Positions 1 to 9,046 of a stretch of 32,000 nucleotides of DNA are shown piece after piece. Location: the NCBI RefSeq assembly GCF_000284455.1, contig NC_017039.1, positions 2,490,001-2,522,000 on the forward strand, written 5' to 3'. Made by a program: the position numbers and the translations under genes. Each line of letters starts with the position of its first letter. Position 1 is the first letter of the stretch. This DNA is from Synechocystis sp. PCC 6803 substr. PCC-P (lineage in GTDB: Bacteria; Cyanobacteriota; Cyanobacteriia; Cyanobacteriales; Microcystaceae). Under the pieces are notes generated by a model, which had not been told where the DNA came from, did no database searches, and saw only the letters and a list, made by a program, of their open reading frames with translations.

Positions 1-2
1 TT

Positions 3-830
3 TTGCAAACTTCCCAGTTCCAATCCCTCACAGCCCGCAGTAATCTGAGCAGTCAACGGGAGCAGGCTAGCACGCTCACTTGGACATCCCGTAGTCCTGC
101 CCAATATAACAGCGTCAATACCTCCGTTAACCTCAGCAATAATCCCAATCCCGGCTATTTTGGTACTGGCTTAGGGCTGACTTACCGGGGCTTTCTGGGG
201 GATATTAATCTCAACCATGATTATGATCAGGCTAGCCATCGCACTAACTTAAATTTTGGTACGGCCTTAGTTTATGCTGATGGGCGTTTTGGCTGGAGCC
301 GACCAGTACGGGATAGTTTTGTGATTTTTAGCCGTAACCCTAATTTTGCGGATCAATTAGTATTAATTAATCCTGGTTTGTATGGTCCTGTGGCGGAAGC
401 TAATGATGTCGGCCCTGGGGTAGTGCCGGATCTAAGCTCCTATACTTTGACCACTATGCGGGTAGATGCTCCTAATATGCCCCTTGGCTATGACTTGGGC
501 AATGCGGTATTTAATCTTTTACCGAGCTATAAAAGTGGTACTTTAATCACAGTGGGTACGGAATCCACCGTATTTTTACGGGGGACGTTGGTAGATAAAG
601 CAGGGAACCCGATTGCGCTTCAAGTCGGGCAAGTTAGGTCTTTGTCTGATCCCAGTTGGTCGCCGTTGGAGTTATTCACTAATCGAGCGGGACGATTTGC
701 GTTGACAGGACTGGGACCAGGGAAGTATGAATTGCAATTATTCGGTGATCCTCCCCGGGCCATTCGCTTTGAAATTCCGGCGGATAAAACTGGTATTTAC
801 GACATTGGAACTGTGACAATAGGCGGTTAA
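3..830 (+). CDS. C-terminal part of an outer-membrane usher-like (FimD/PapC-type) protein, truncated at the left edge
   Basis: ORF is open to the window edge. It has beta-strand-like outer-membrane sequence (GLGLTYRGFLGDINLNHDYDQ...), then a PapC/FimD C-terminal-like carboxypeptidase-regulatory fold (GTLVDKAGNPIALQVGQV...FTNRAGRFALTGLGPGKYELQL). TAA stop at 828-830. Confidence 0.6.
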   Translation: MQTSQFQSLTARSNLSSQREQASTLTWTSRSPAQYNSVNTSVNLSNNPNPGYFGTGLGLTYRGFLGDINLNHDYDQASHRTNLNFGTALVYADGRFGWSRPVRDSFVIFSRNPNFADQLVLINPGLYGPVAEANDVGPGVVPDLSSYTLTTMRVDAPNMPLGYDLGNAVFNLLPSYKSGTLITVGTESTVFLRGTLVDKAGNPIALQVGQVRSLSDPSWSPLELFTNRAGRFALTGLGPGKYELQLFGDPPRAIRFEIPADKTGIYDIGTVTIGG

Positions 831-858
831 AAGATTAATGAAATTAATAGTATTTGTC

Positions 859-1368
859 TTAGTAATCAGTTTTAATCCCAATGACACCATTGTTGTGGTC
901 AATCTTAAATTCATTACCATATGCATCTAGATGGAAAAGATCTAAGCCTAAACCAGGTTGACCCTTTAAAAAGTAATCGTTAGCTTCTGCTCCACCAATG
1001 TCAAGCCAACCATTAATAGTTTTATTAATAGGGTCAAATCGGAATTGCAAAAAATTATTCTCCCTTGCCTGACTATTATTGACATTGTCGTAATTTGCTA
1101 TAGTTCGACCTTTGCTATCAATAACTTGCACGGTCAATTCAGTTAAATTTTGAAGTGTTTGCAGTCCTACTACTTGTACGATTTTCGTTGAATTGTCTCT
1201 AAATTCATCTGGGTAAACCACCCGGGCTCGAACTTGATATTCGCCATCTCCTTGCCATAGCAGAGTTACTTCCCCGGCGATCGCCTGGGCGGAAAAACCG
1301 ACGAAAGCAGTGAGTACAAAAATAAAAACTAAAAATAATTTAACCAATTGATGAAATATTGACACCAT
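859..1368 (-). CDS. Secreted hypothetical protein with N-terminal signal peptide (track ORF 859..1419; the internal ATG at 1368 fits a signal peptide better)
   Basis: MVSIFHQLVKLFLVFIFVLTAFVGFSAQAIA then a mature acidic domain. Start at 1368 removes the overlap with the upstream gene. Confidence 0.65.
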   Translation of the reverse strand: MVSIFHQLVKLFLVFIFVLTAFVGFSAQAIAGEVTLLWQGDGEYQVRARVVYPDEFRDNSTKIVQVVGLQTLQNLTELTVQVIDSKGRTIANYDNVNNSQARENNFLQFRFDPINKTINGWLDIGGAEANDYFLKGQPGLGLDLFHLDAYGNEFKIDHNNGVIGIKTDY

Positions 1369-1403
1369 TATTGTTGCTTTAAAACTCAAACAGTTTGGGT
1401 ATG

Positions 1404-1979
1404 CTAAATTTTTAGCCAATCAAAAACTTCGGCGGCGGTAATGGACCAATTTTCAAGCTCAGCAAAAACCGTTAGGGATTCTTGAATTTCAGTTTCAGCT
1501 AAATAAACCTGGGGTAAACTGGCGGTGAAAACCGTAATGGATTTGGCCATGGGATCCACTAACCAAGCTAATTCTGTGCCAGCCTTGAGAGAAAAAATGA
1601 TTTTTTCCATTACCAGGGTGACCGACTGATCTGGGGAAAGAATTTCTATGAGCCAATCCGGGGCCCGATCAAACCGGTCTGCTATTTCGCCACCATTATC
1701 TAAAGGCAAGTTTTGCCAGCGCATCACCGCAATGTCAGGCACAATGGAGCGATCGCCAAAGGTACAACGAAGTTCCGGCAGAGCATAGGCAATTTTGTCC
1801 GGCTTCACTTGGGCATTAATAGCGGCCGCTAGCTCAAATTGGATTGTGCTGTGTTTACCTTTGGGCATGGGTTTCTGGGTGACAATGCCCCGGCAATATT
1901 CCTGGGCAGGTTTGGTTTCCGGTAGGGCCAAGAATGATTCCAGGGAAAGGGTTGGTACTTTTGCTGAGGCTAAAACCAT
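1404..1979 (-). CDS. Uma2 family (DUF820) PD-(D/E)XK-like endonuclease domain protein
   Basis: Family-typical motifs: ...RSIVPDIAVMRW..., APDWLIEILSPDQS..., GTELAWLVDP. Confidence 0.85.
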   Translation of the reverse strand: MVLASAKVPTLSLESFLALPETKPAQEYCRGIVTQKPMPKGKHSTIQFELAAAINAQVKPDKIAYALPELRCTFGDRSIVPDIAVMRWQNLPLDNGGEIADRFDRAPDWLIEILSPDQSVTLVMEKIIFSLKAGTELAWLVDPMAKSITVFTASLPQVYLAETEIQESLTVFAELENWSITAAEVFDWLKI

Positions 1980-2030
1980 CTACTTCACTCCCCAGAGGAT
2001 TTAAGTGTTAATTGATTGTAATCGCACCAA

Positions 2031-3221
2031 TCAACTATAACGAATGCCTGCCTGTTCAATGCGCTGTAATGCTTCCCCCAGGCGATCGCCATCGGCAATT
2101 AAACTTAAGCGGACGTACCTTTCTCCCCCTTCTCCAAAGGCGTTACCGGGGGTCATCACCACACCGGTTTTTTCTAGAACCGTTAAGGCAAAATCAGTGG
2201 AACTCATACCCACGGGACAGGGAACCCAAAGGTACATGGTGGCTTGGGAAGGGGTAATAGACCAACCCAATTTACTCAAGCCATTAATAACAAAGTCCCG
2301 CCGTTCTTGATAGCGCTTTCGCACTACTTCAATGTAACTTTCTGGCAAACTGAGGGCTGTTTCTGCTGCTTTTTGTACGACTCGAAAAATTCCATAATCC
2401 AAGTTAGTTTTCAGCGTTCTCAAACCTTGAATAATTTCTTGATTTCCCACGACAAAACCTACCCGCCAACCGGCCATATTGTAGGTTTTGGAAAGGGTAT
2501 GGAATTCCACACTAAAATCCTTGGCACCGGGAATTTCTAATAAGCTGGTGGGCTGATAACCGTCAAAGGCCAATTCTGCATAACACAGATCATGGACTAA
2601 CATGATTTGGTAATGGCGGGCCCAATCGGTGATGGCTTCGTAAAATTCCCTGGGAGCGGTGGCGGTGGTGGGATTATTGGGATAGTTAAAATAAAGGATC
2701 TTGGCCCGTTGAGCGATCGCCTCGGGAATTTGGTCCAGTTGGATTAACCAGTCATCCTTTGCCGATAACATGATCGGATAAATTTCCGCCCCGGCAATGA
2801 GGGGGCCTCGGAAATGGGCCGGATAGGAGGGAGTCGGCACGAGTACTAAATCCCCTGGATTAACGTAGGCTAGGGCTAAATGACCCAGACCCTCTTTGGA
2901 ACCAATTAAGGGTAACGCTTCGGAATCGGGGTCTAAATCCACCCCATACTGGCGGGCGTACCAGCGGGTAATGCTCTGACGGAAGCTCTGGGTGCCTTCA
3001 AAAGGGGGATAACCGTGGGATTCTGGGTTTTCCAACTCGGCGATCGCCGCTTCGATAATCGGTTGGGGGGCTTTGCCATCGGGGTTGCCCATGCCCAAGT
3101 CAATTAAATCCAGGCCCTGTTCCCTGGCCTTGGCTTTCAACTCATCGAGGCGGGCAAAAACATAGGGGGGTAAGGCTTGTAGGCGATCGGCGCGACTAAT
3201 CCAATTCAGACTCATTACCAA
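2031..3221 (-). CDS. PLP-dependent class I/II aminotransferase (aspartate / alanine / LL-DAP aminotransferase-like)
   Basis: LGMGNPDGKAP, YFNYPNNPTTATA, DLCYAELAFDGY and SLSKTYNMAGWRVGFVVGN (PLP-lysine region). Confidence 0.93.
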   Translation of the reverse strand: MVMSLNWISRADRLQALPPYVFARLDELKAKAREQGLDLIDLGMGNPDGKAPQPIIEAAIAELENPESHGYPPFEGTQSFRQSITRWYARQYGVDLDPDSEALPLIGSKEGLGHLALAYVNPGDLVLVPTPSYPAHFRGPLIAGAEIYPIMLSAKDDWLIQLDQIPEAIAQRAKILYFNYPNNPTTATAPREFYEAITDWARHYQIMLVHDLCYAELAFDGYQPTSLLEIPGAKDFSVEFHTLSKTYNMAGWRVGFVVGNQEIIQGLRTLKTNLDYGIFRVVQKAAETALSLPESYIEVVRKRYQERRDFVINGLSKLGWSITPSQATMYLWVPCPVGMSSTDFALTVLEKTGVVMTPGNAFGEGGERYVRLSLIADGDRLGEALQRIEQAGIRYS

Positions 3222-3318
3222 GGCAATTTGGGGACGTAACCTTTTATTGTCTCATTGACCGGCACTGGCTTGATCTCGCCTCAGCAAAATTTTGACTGGA
3301 ACCTATGGCAACCATGGC

Positions 3319-5364
3319 CTAGGCTGCATTGCGGATTTTGATGGCTGGATTGGGCTGACTTTCCAAAGCCAGGGCCCATTGCCGGATTACCCTGGCGATC
3401 GCCTTTTGCAGTAGTCCTTCCGCCACCTGTTGACCCATCCGACGGGAAGTGGGATTAACAATAATTTGACTCAACACCGGCACAAACTTGAGGGGGTCAA
3501 AACCGGGGGTCTCTTTAAGAATTTGCCAAAGATTTTGTAAATGCTGCCAAGTTTCCTCCTGTTGAGCGATGGCGGGTTGAGGCACAACTTTGATCGTTTT
3601 GGTTTGATGGGCTTTACCGTTGCCATTACCTAAGTCACCCAGAAAACTAATTCTTTCCTGGATATTGTGGCTGACCTGTTGCCAAGTGTTGCGCCCCAGT
3701 TGATCAATACTGTTGACTAATTCCGCCACCAGGCGATCGCGAATGAATTGTCCCCGGTCTGAAAGTAAAAATTCTGTTGCTTCATTAAGCACATAATCAA
3801 AATCAAAGCCAGGGGAATTTTTGGCATTACGCAATAAATTTTCCAAACGATTCCATCGGAAACTCCCCTCTTTAAATAGTAATTCTTTCAGGGAAGTGCG
3901 TAGCTCTTCTGATTGATCCGTTAACAATCTTTTAGCGATATAGGGATAGGCTTTGCTCAATACCTTGAAGTTAGGATCAATACCAATGGCAATACCTTCT
4001 AGGGTGACCATGGAACGAATAATCAGAGCATAATAAGCCGGCACCCGGAAAGGAAACTCATACATCATGGCCGACATTTGATCGGTGATGCTCTTAAAGT
4101 TTAACTCCGCCACACTGGCCCCCAACGCATTACCAAACACCTGACCAAGGGCGGGAATAATCGGTTTTAAATCCGTATCTGGTTTGAGAAAATCCAGTTT
4201 GACATAATCCTTAGCTAGGGAATCAAAATCCCGGTTCACCAAATGAACCACTGCCTCGATCAAACCATAGCGCTGGTAAGGCTGAATAGTACTCATCATG
4301 CCGAAGTCCAAGTAGGCCAAACGGCCGTCCGCCATGGCCAATAAATTGCCGGGGTGGGGATCGGCGTGGAAAAAGCCATGTTCCAACAATTGCCGCAGGG
4401 AGCACTGTACCCCCACTTCCACCAAATGGGTAGCATCAATACCCTGGGCTTGGATCGCTTTGATATTGGTTAACTTAATTCCTTCCACCCACTCCATGGT
4501 CAAAACCCGTCGGCCAGTGTATTGCCAATAGATACTGGGCACATAAATTTCTGGCAAACTGCCATAGAGTTGGGCGAATTTTTCGCCATTAATGGCCTCT
4601 TGGTAATAGTTCATTTCCTCGAATACTCGACTGGCCAATTCGTCGGTAATGGCCACCAAATCAGAGCGCAATCTTTTCACCGATCGCCGGGCCCAGAGGG
4701 AGAGGGAGCGCATGATGTAAATATCAAGGGTGATGCGTCGCACCAAATCTGGCCTTTGTACCTTAACTGCCACAGCTTCGCCGGTTTTCAACTTACCCTT
4801 ATACACCTGCCCCAAGGAGGCGGCGGCAATGGGCTCCGGAGATAATTCGGCGTAAATTTCCTCGGCGGGGGCCCCCAACTCCTCTTCAATAAAACGATAG
4901 GCAACCTCGTTGGGAAAGGAAGGTAATTGGTCCTGTAACGTTGTCAACTCATCCAAAAAGACCGGCGGCACTAAATCGGGCCTGGTGGAAAGAGCTTGGC
5001 CAACTTTGATATAAGTAGGGCCAAGATTGGTTAATAGTTCTCTTAATTGAATAGCTTTCGCCCTGGAAACGGTGGGGTCTTTACCCCTCAATTTTTCCCA
5101 CCAAATACCCAGAATAAATCGCAATAGGGGAAACAAAATATTGATTAAACGACCTAATACTTGTAACGGCCGCTTGCGATAAAACTCCATGATCAAATCT
5201 GGGTGATATTCCCAACTTTCCGGGAACATATCACTAACAGGTCCTAAATCCTCCAGATGACTTTTGGGCAAACGGGGGGGGCGAACTTCCTCCACCACTG
5301 CGTCGATCACCACTACATCGCGATCTTGTTCGGCGGTGGTAACGGGCATGGGGGCTGGAGACAT
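3319..5364 (-). CDS. ABC1/ADCK/UbiB family atypical protein kinase-like protein
   Basis: GPTYIKVGQALSTRPDLVP, APIAAASLGQVYKG-like segment (EPIAAASLGQVYKGKL) and LEHGFFHADPHPGNLL. Confidence 0.93.
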   Translation of the reverse strand: MSPAPMPVTTAEQDRDVVVIDAVVEEVRPPRLPKSHLEDLGPVSDMFPESWEYHPDLIMEFYRKRPLQVLGRLINILFPLLRFILGIWWEKLRGKDPTVSRAKAIQLRELLTNLGPTYIKVGQALSTRPDLVPPVFLDELTTLQDQLPSFPNEVAYRFIEEELGAPAEEIYAELSPEPIAAASLGQVYKGKLKTGEAVAVKVQRPDLVRRITLDIYIMRSLSLWARRSVKRLRSDLVAITDELASRVFEEMNYYQEAINGEKFAQLYGSLPEIYVPSIYWQYTGRRVLTMEWVEGIKLTNIKAIQAQGIDATHLVEVGVQCSLRQLLEHGFFHADPHPGNLLAMADGRLAYLDFGMMSTIQPYQRYGLIEAVVHLVNRDFDSLAKDYVKLDFLKPDTDLKPIIPALGQVFGNALGASVAELNFKSITDQMSAMMYEFPFRVPAYYALIIRSMVTLEGIAIGIDPNFKVLSKAYPYIAKRLLTDQSEELRTSLKELLFKEGSFRWNRLENLLRNAKNSPGFDFDYVLNEATEFLLSDRGQFIRDRLVAELVNSIDQLGRNTWQQVSHNIQERISFLGDLGNGNGKAHQTKTIKVVPQPAIAQQEETWQHLQNLWQILKETPGFDPLKFVPVLSQIIVNPTSRRMGQQVAEGLLQKAIARVIRQWALALESQPNPAIKIRNAA

Positions 5365-5551
5365 ATTAATGGTTTTAATAATTACTTAATTTTGCTGGCT
5401 GGTTCAGCGGGAGCCAACATTGGCAAGGATTGAGGAGGAACCCGTTAATGGATGACTAAATACTGCCAAGCCTAGGCTTCCAGTGGCATTCTAACGAGAA
5501 TGGGTTGGCCCTGGCTACCTGGGTTAGGATGGGGAAAACCGTCTTTAGCTG

Positions 5552-8047
5552 GTGCAATGTAGCTTGGTTGAGGTGTCTGTGTCCGTTGATTGGCCTCGTT
5601 TACAAAAGGCTTTGACCGTGGAAGTGGAGCGGGGTTTTCAGAATTTGCAGGGTAAACAGCACCGCTTTGGCGACTTCCTCTGTTTAAGTTTTGGCAGTCC
5701 TCCCCCCCCTGGTAGTTCCCCCGGCGATCGCCAGAAATGGCGGGAGTTTGCCCAAAGATTTGCCCAGTATGACCAACTGGAGGAAGCTGAAAGAAAAAGT
5801 TTGGTGGCCAGTACCCGTCGTTTTTTACATCAATTACGTCGCAGTTTGGAATCTCCTCCTAGGGATTCTGTACCAAAAAAGGATTTACTAGCCCAGGTTA
5901 ATCGTCCCCAAGTTTCCGAACCCCGTTATCCTAAATCGGGTCAAATTGAACTCCATACCCCTTTAGCAACGGTAGTTTCCCAGAGTCAACATCAAACTAA
6001 ACTGCTCAAAAACTTGGGTTTAGCAACGGTGGAAGATTTGTTGTTCTATTTCCCCAGGGATTATTTGGACTATGCCCAACAGGTAACTATTGCTGAATTA
6101 ACAGCGGGGGAAACGGTAACCATTGTGGGGCGGGTGGTAAATTGCACTTGCTTTACCAGTCCCAAAAATCAGAATTTAAATATTTTGCAAATCCAGTTGC
6201 GGGATCAAACAGGGCGGATCAAACTATCCCGTTTTTATGCCGGTAAACGGTTTGCCCATCGGGGTTGGCAAGAGAAAATCAAAAAACTTTACCCTCCCCA
6301 GGCAGTGGTGGCGGCCTCTGGCTTGGTGAAATCTAGTAAATTTGGTCTGACTCTGGATAATCCGGAAATTGAGGTGCTAGATCGCCATAGTCCCAGCATT
6401 GACTCTTTCAAAGTGGGTCGGGTGCTGCCCGTTTACCCCCTCACTGAAGGCATAACAGCGGATTTTTTACGGAAATTAGTTCTAGCCTGTCAAACGGCGA
6501 TCGCCAAGTTGTCTGATCCTCTGCCCCAAGAGATTAGGGAAAAATATGAATTAATTGATTTGCAAACCGCCATTGCCCAAATTCACTTCCCTGAGAATAC
6601 GGAAAAGTTAAGTTTAGCCAGGAGAAGATTAGTATTTGATGAATTTTTCTATTTACAGTTAGGATTTTTGCAAAGACGTTACGAACAAAAACAGCAGCAA
6701 CAAAGCGCTATTTTTACTCCCCATGGCGAATTATTAGAAAAATTTAGTGACTTATTGCCCTTCCGGTTAACCCAAGCTCAACAACGGGTAGTAAATGAAA
6801 TTTTGCAAGACTTAAATAAACCAAGTCCTATGAATCGTCTAGTACAAGGGGATGTGGGATCCGGGAAAACGGTGGTGGGGGTTTTTGCAATTTTAGCCGC
6901 TCTCCAGGGAGGTTACCAAGCGGCTCTAATGGCCCCTACGGAAGTGTTAGCAGAACAGCATTATCAAAAATTAGTAAGTTGGTTTAATTTGCTTTATTTG
7001 CCAGTGGAATTGTTAACGGGGTCCACTAAAACTGCCAAAAGAAGGGAAATTCATGCCCAATTATCTACGGGTCAATTACCGTTACTAGTGGGAACTCATG
7101 CCCTAATTCAAGAAACAGTTAACTTTCAACGGTTGGGTTTAGTGGTTATTGATGAACAACATCGTTTTGGGGTACAACAGCGGGCTAAGCTTTTGGCCAA
7201 AGGTAATGCGCCCCATGTTTTAAGCATGACCGCCACTCCCATTCCCCGCACCCTTGCTTTAACCCTCCATGGGGACCTAGAAGTGAGCCAAATTGACGAA
7301 TTGCCCCCCGGCCGTCAGCCCATTCACACCAGTGTCATCACTGCCAAGGAAAGGCCACAAATGTACGAACTGATTCGGCGGGAAGTGGCCCAGGGTCGTC
7401 AAGTCTACATCATTTTTCCGGCGATCGAAGAATCGGAAAAATTAGACATTAAAGCAGCAGTGGAAGAGCATAAGTATTTAACTGAAAAAATCTTTCCCAA
7501 CTTTAATATCGGCCTGTTACATGGCCGATTAAAAAGTGCTGAAAAAGAGGCCGCTCTAACAGCTTTTCGAGAAAAGCAAACAGAAATTATTGTTTCCACT
7601 ACCGTGATCGAAGTGGGGGTCGATGTTCCCAATGCCACAGTGATGGTGATTGAAAATGCAGAGCGTTTTGGTCTTTCCCAACTGCATCAATTGCGAGGGC
7701 GAGTCGGTCGAGGTAGTCACCAGTCCTATTGCTTATTGGTCACCAACAGTAAAAGTAATGATGCCCGGCAAAGATTGGGAGTAATGGAACAGTCCCAAGA
7801 TGGTTTCTTTATTGCAGAAATGGATTTACGTTTGCGGGGCCCAGGGGAATTTTTAGGCACTAAACAATCAGGATTACCGGATTTTGCTTTGGCTAGTTTG
7901 GTGGAAGATCAAGAGGTTCTATTGTTGGCGAGGGAAGCAGCGGAAACCATGATGGTAGAGGATCCTAATTTAGAGGCGCATCCTGATTTAAAAATAAAAT
8001 TAGTCCAAAGATATGAAAAGTTATTAGGGGGAGAAATATTGACCTAA
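5552..8047 (+). CDS. recG: ATP-dependent DNA helicase RecG (GTG start in the track; true start uncertain)
   Basis: FPRDYLDY wedge domain, QGDVGSGKT Walker A, DEQHRFG, SMTATPIPRTLAL, ERFGLSQLHQLRGRVGRG. Confidence 0.97.
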   Translation: MQCSLVEVSVSVDWPRLQKALTVEVERGFQNLQGKQHRFGDFLCLSFGSPPPPGSSPGDRQKWREFAQRFAQYDQLEEAERKSLVASTRRFLHQLRRSLESPPRDSVPKKDLLAQVNRPQVSEPRYPKSGQIELHTPLATVVSQSQHQTKLLKNLGLATVEDLLFYFPRDYLDYAQQVTIAELTAGETVTIVGRVVNCTCFTSPKNQNLNILQIQLRDQTGRIKLSRFYAGKRFAHRGWQEKIKKLYPPQAVVAASGLVKSSKFGLTLDNPEIEVLDRHSPSIDSFKVGRVLPVYPLTEGITADFLRKLVLACQTAIAKLSDPLPQEIREKYELIDLQTAIAQIHFPENTEKLSLARRRLVFDEFFYLQLGFLQRRYEQKQQQQSAIFTPHGELLEKFSDLLPFRLTQAQQRVVNEILQDLNKPSPMNRLVQGDVGSGKTVVGVFAILAALQGGYQAALMAPTEVLAEQHYQKLVSWFNLLYLPVELLTGSTKTAKRREIHAQLSTGQLPLLVGTHALIQETVNFQRLGLVVIDEQHRFGVQQRAKLLAKGNAPHVLSMTATPIPRTLALTLHGDLEVSQIDELPPGRQPIHTSVITAKERPQMYELIRREVAQGRQVYIIFPAIEESEKLDIKAAVEEHKYLTEKIFPNFNIGLLHGRLKSAEKEAALTAFREKQTEIIVSTTVIEVGVDVPNATVMVIENAERFGLSQLHQLRGRVGRGSHQSYCLLVTNSKSNDARQRLGVMEQSQDGFFIAEMDLRLRGPGEFLGTKQSGLPDFALASLVEDQEVLLLAREAAETMMVEDPNLEAHPDLKIKLVQRYEKLLGGEILT

Positions 8048-8147
8048 CCAGAGATACATGGGGAATGTCCATCGTCCCAGCCTTTGTTTGTTAGAATAGT
8101 TCCCCATTGATTAATTGTTTTGTAATTCCTTTTTGTTAGTAAAATTT

Positions 8148-8981
8148 ATGATTTGGCCCTTCAAAACCAGCACCCGTAAAAAGATTGCCCGCATTGAAGT
8201 GACCGGGGCGATCGCCAGTGGAACCCGCAAAGCAGTATTGAAGGCTCTAAAGACGGTGGAAGAAAAAAAATATCCCGCCCTATTGGTCCGCATCGATTCC
8301 CCTGGGGGCACAGTGGTGGATTCCCAGGAAATTTACACTAAATTGAAGCAATTAAGCGAAAAGATCAAAGTTGTGGCCAGTTTTGGTAACATTTCTGCTT
8401 CTGGAGGTGTGTACATTGCCATGGGTTGTCCCCACATCATGGCGAACTCTGGCACCATCACCGGCAGTATTGGCGTAATTTTACGGGGCAATAACCTGGA
8501 AAGATTACTAGAGAAAGTGGGAGTTTCTTTTAAAGTGATTAAATCCGGGCCCTACAAAGACATTTTGTCCTTTGACCGGGAATTGCTGCCGGAGGAACAG
8601 TCTATTTTGCAGGCTTTGATTGACGACAGCTACGGGCAATTTGTCTCCACGGTGGCGGCGGGGCGCAATTTGGCAGTGGAAAAAGTCAAAGAATTTGCCG
8701 ACGGAAGAATTTTCACCGGGCAACAGGCTCTGGAATTGGGTTTAGTCGATCGCCTGGGCACGGAGGAAGATGCAAGGCAATGGGCCGCTACTTTGGCGGG
8801 CTTGGATCCAGACAAAGTAGAACTGGATACCATTGAAGACCCCAAACCTTTAGTCAGAAGACTCACCGGTGGTGATAGTCAACTACAGACCATGGCCGAT
8901 AACCTTGGTTTGACGGAAAGCCTAAAATGGTGCGAGTTTGAGCTTTCCACCAGTGGTCAACCCCTCTGGCTTTATCGATGA
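8148..8981 (+). CDS. sppA: SppA / protease IV-type signal peptide peptidase (track ORF begins at an upstream TTG, 8115; ATG at 8148 is more plausible)
   Basis: LLVRIDSPGGTVVDSQEIY, ASFGNISASGGVYIAMGC, ITGSIGVI and GRIFTGQQALELGLVDRLGT. Confidence 0.92.
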   Translation: MIWPFKTSTRKKIARIEVTGAIASGTRKAVLKALKTVEEKKYPALLVRIDSPGGTVVDSQEIYTKLKQLSEKIKVVASFGNISASGGVYIAMGCPHIMANSGTITGSIGVILRGNNLERLLEKVGVSFKVIKSGPYKDILSFDRELLPEEQSILQALIDDSYGQFVSTVAAGRNLAVEKVKEFADGRIFTGQQALELGLVDRLGTEEDARQWAATLAGLDPDKVELDTIEDPKPLVRRLTGGDSQLQTMADNLGLTESLKWCEFELSTSGQPLWLYR

Positions 8982-9046
8982 ATGGGGTAAATTTATGTCT
9001 CAACTTTGCGGAGTGACTAAACCACGCCCATATAGTTAGTCGCTAG

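Noticed and set aside
4223-4845. Plus-strand ORFs inside the ABC1 kinase gene
   Set aside because: They overlap a strongly supported minus-strand CDS and have no recognisable motifs.
5552-5891. Overlapping antisense/other-frame ORFs in recG and several housekeeping genes (e.g. 5691..5891, 7405..7638)
   Set aside because: Low-complexity translations with no domain signal inside well-supported genes; treated as spurious shadow ORFs.
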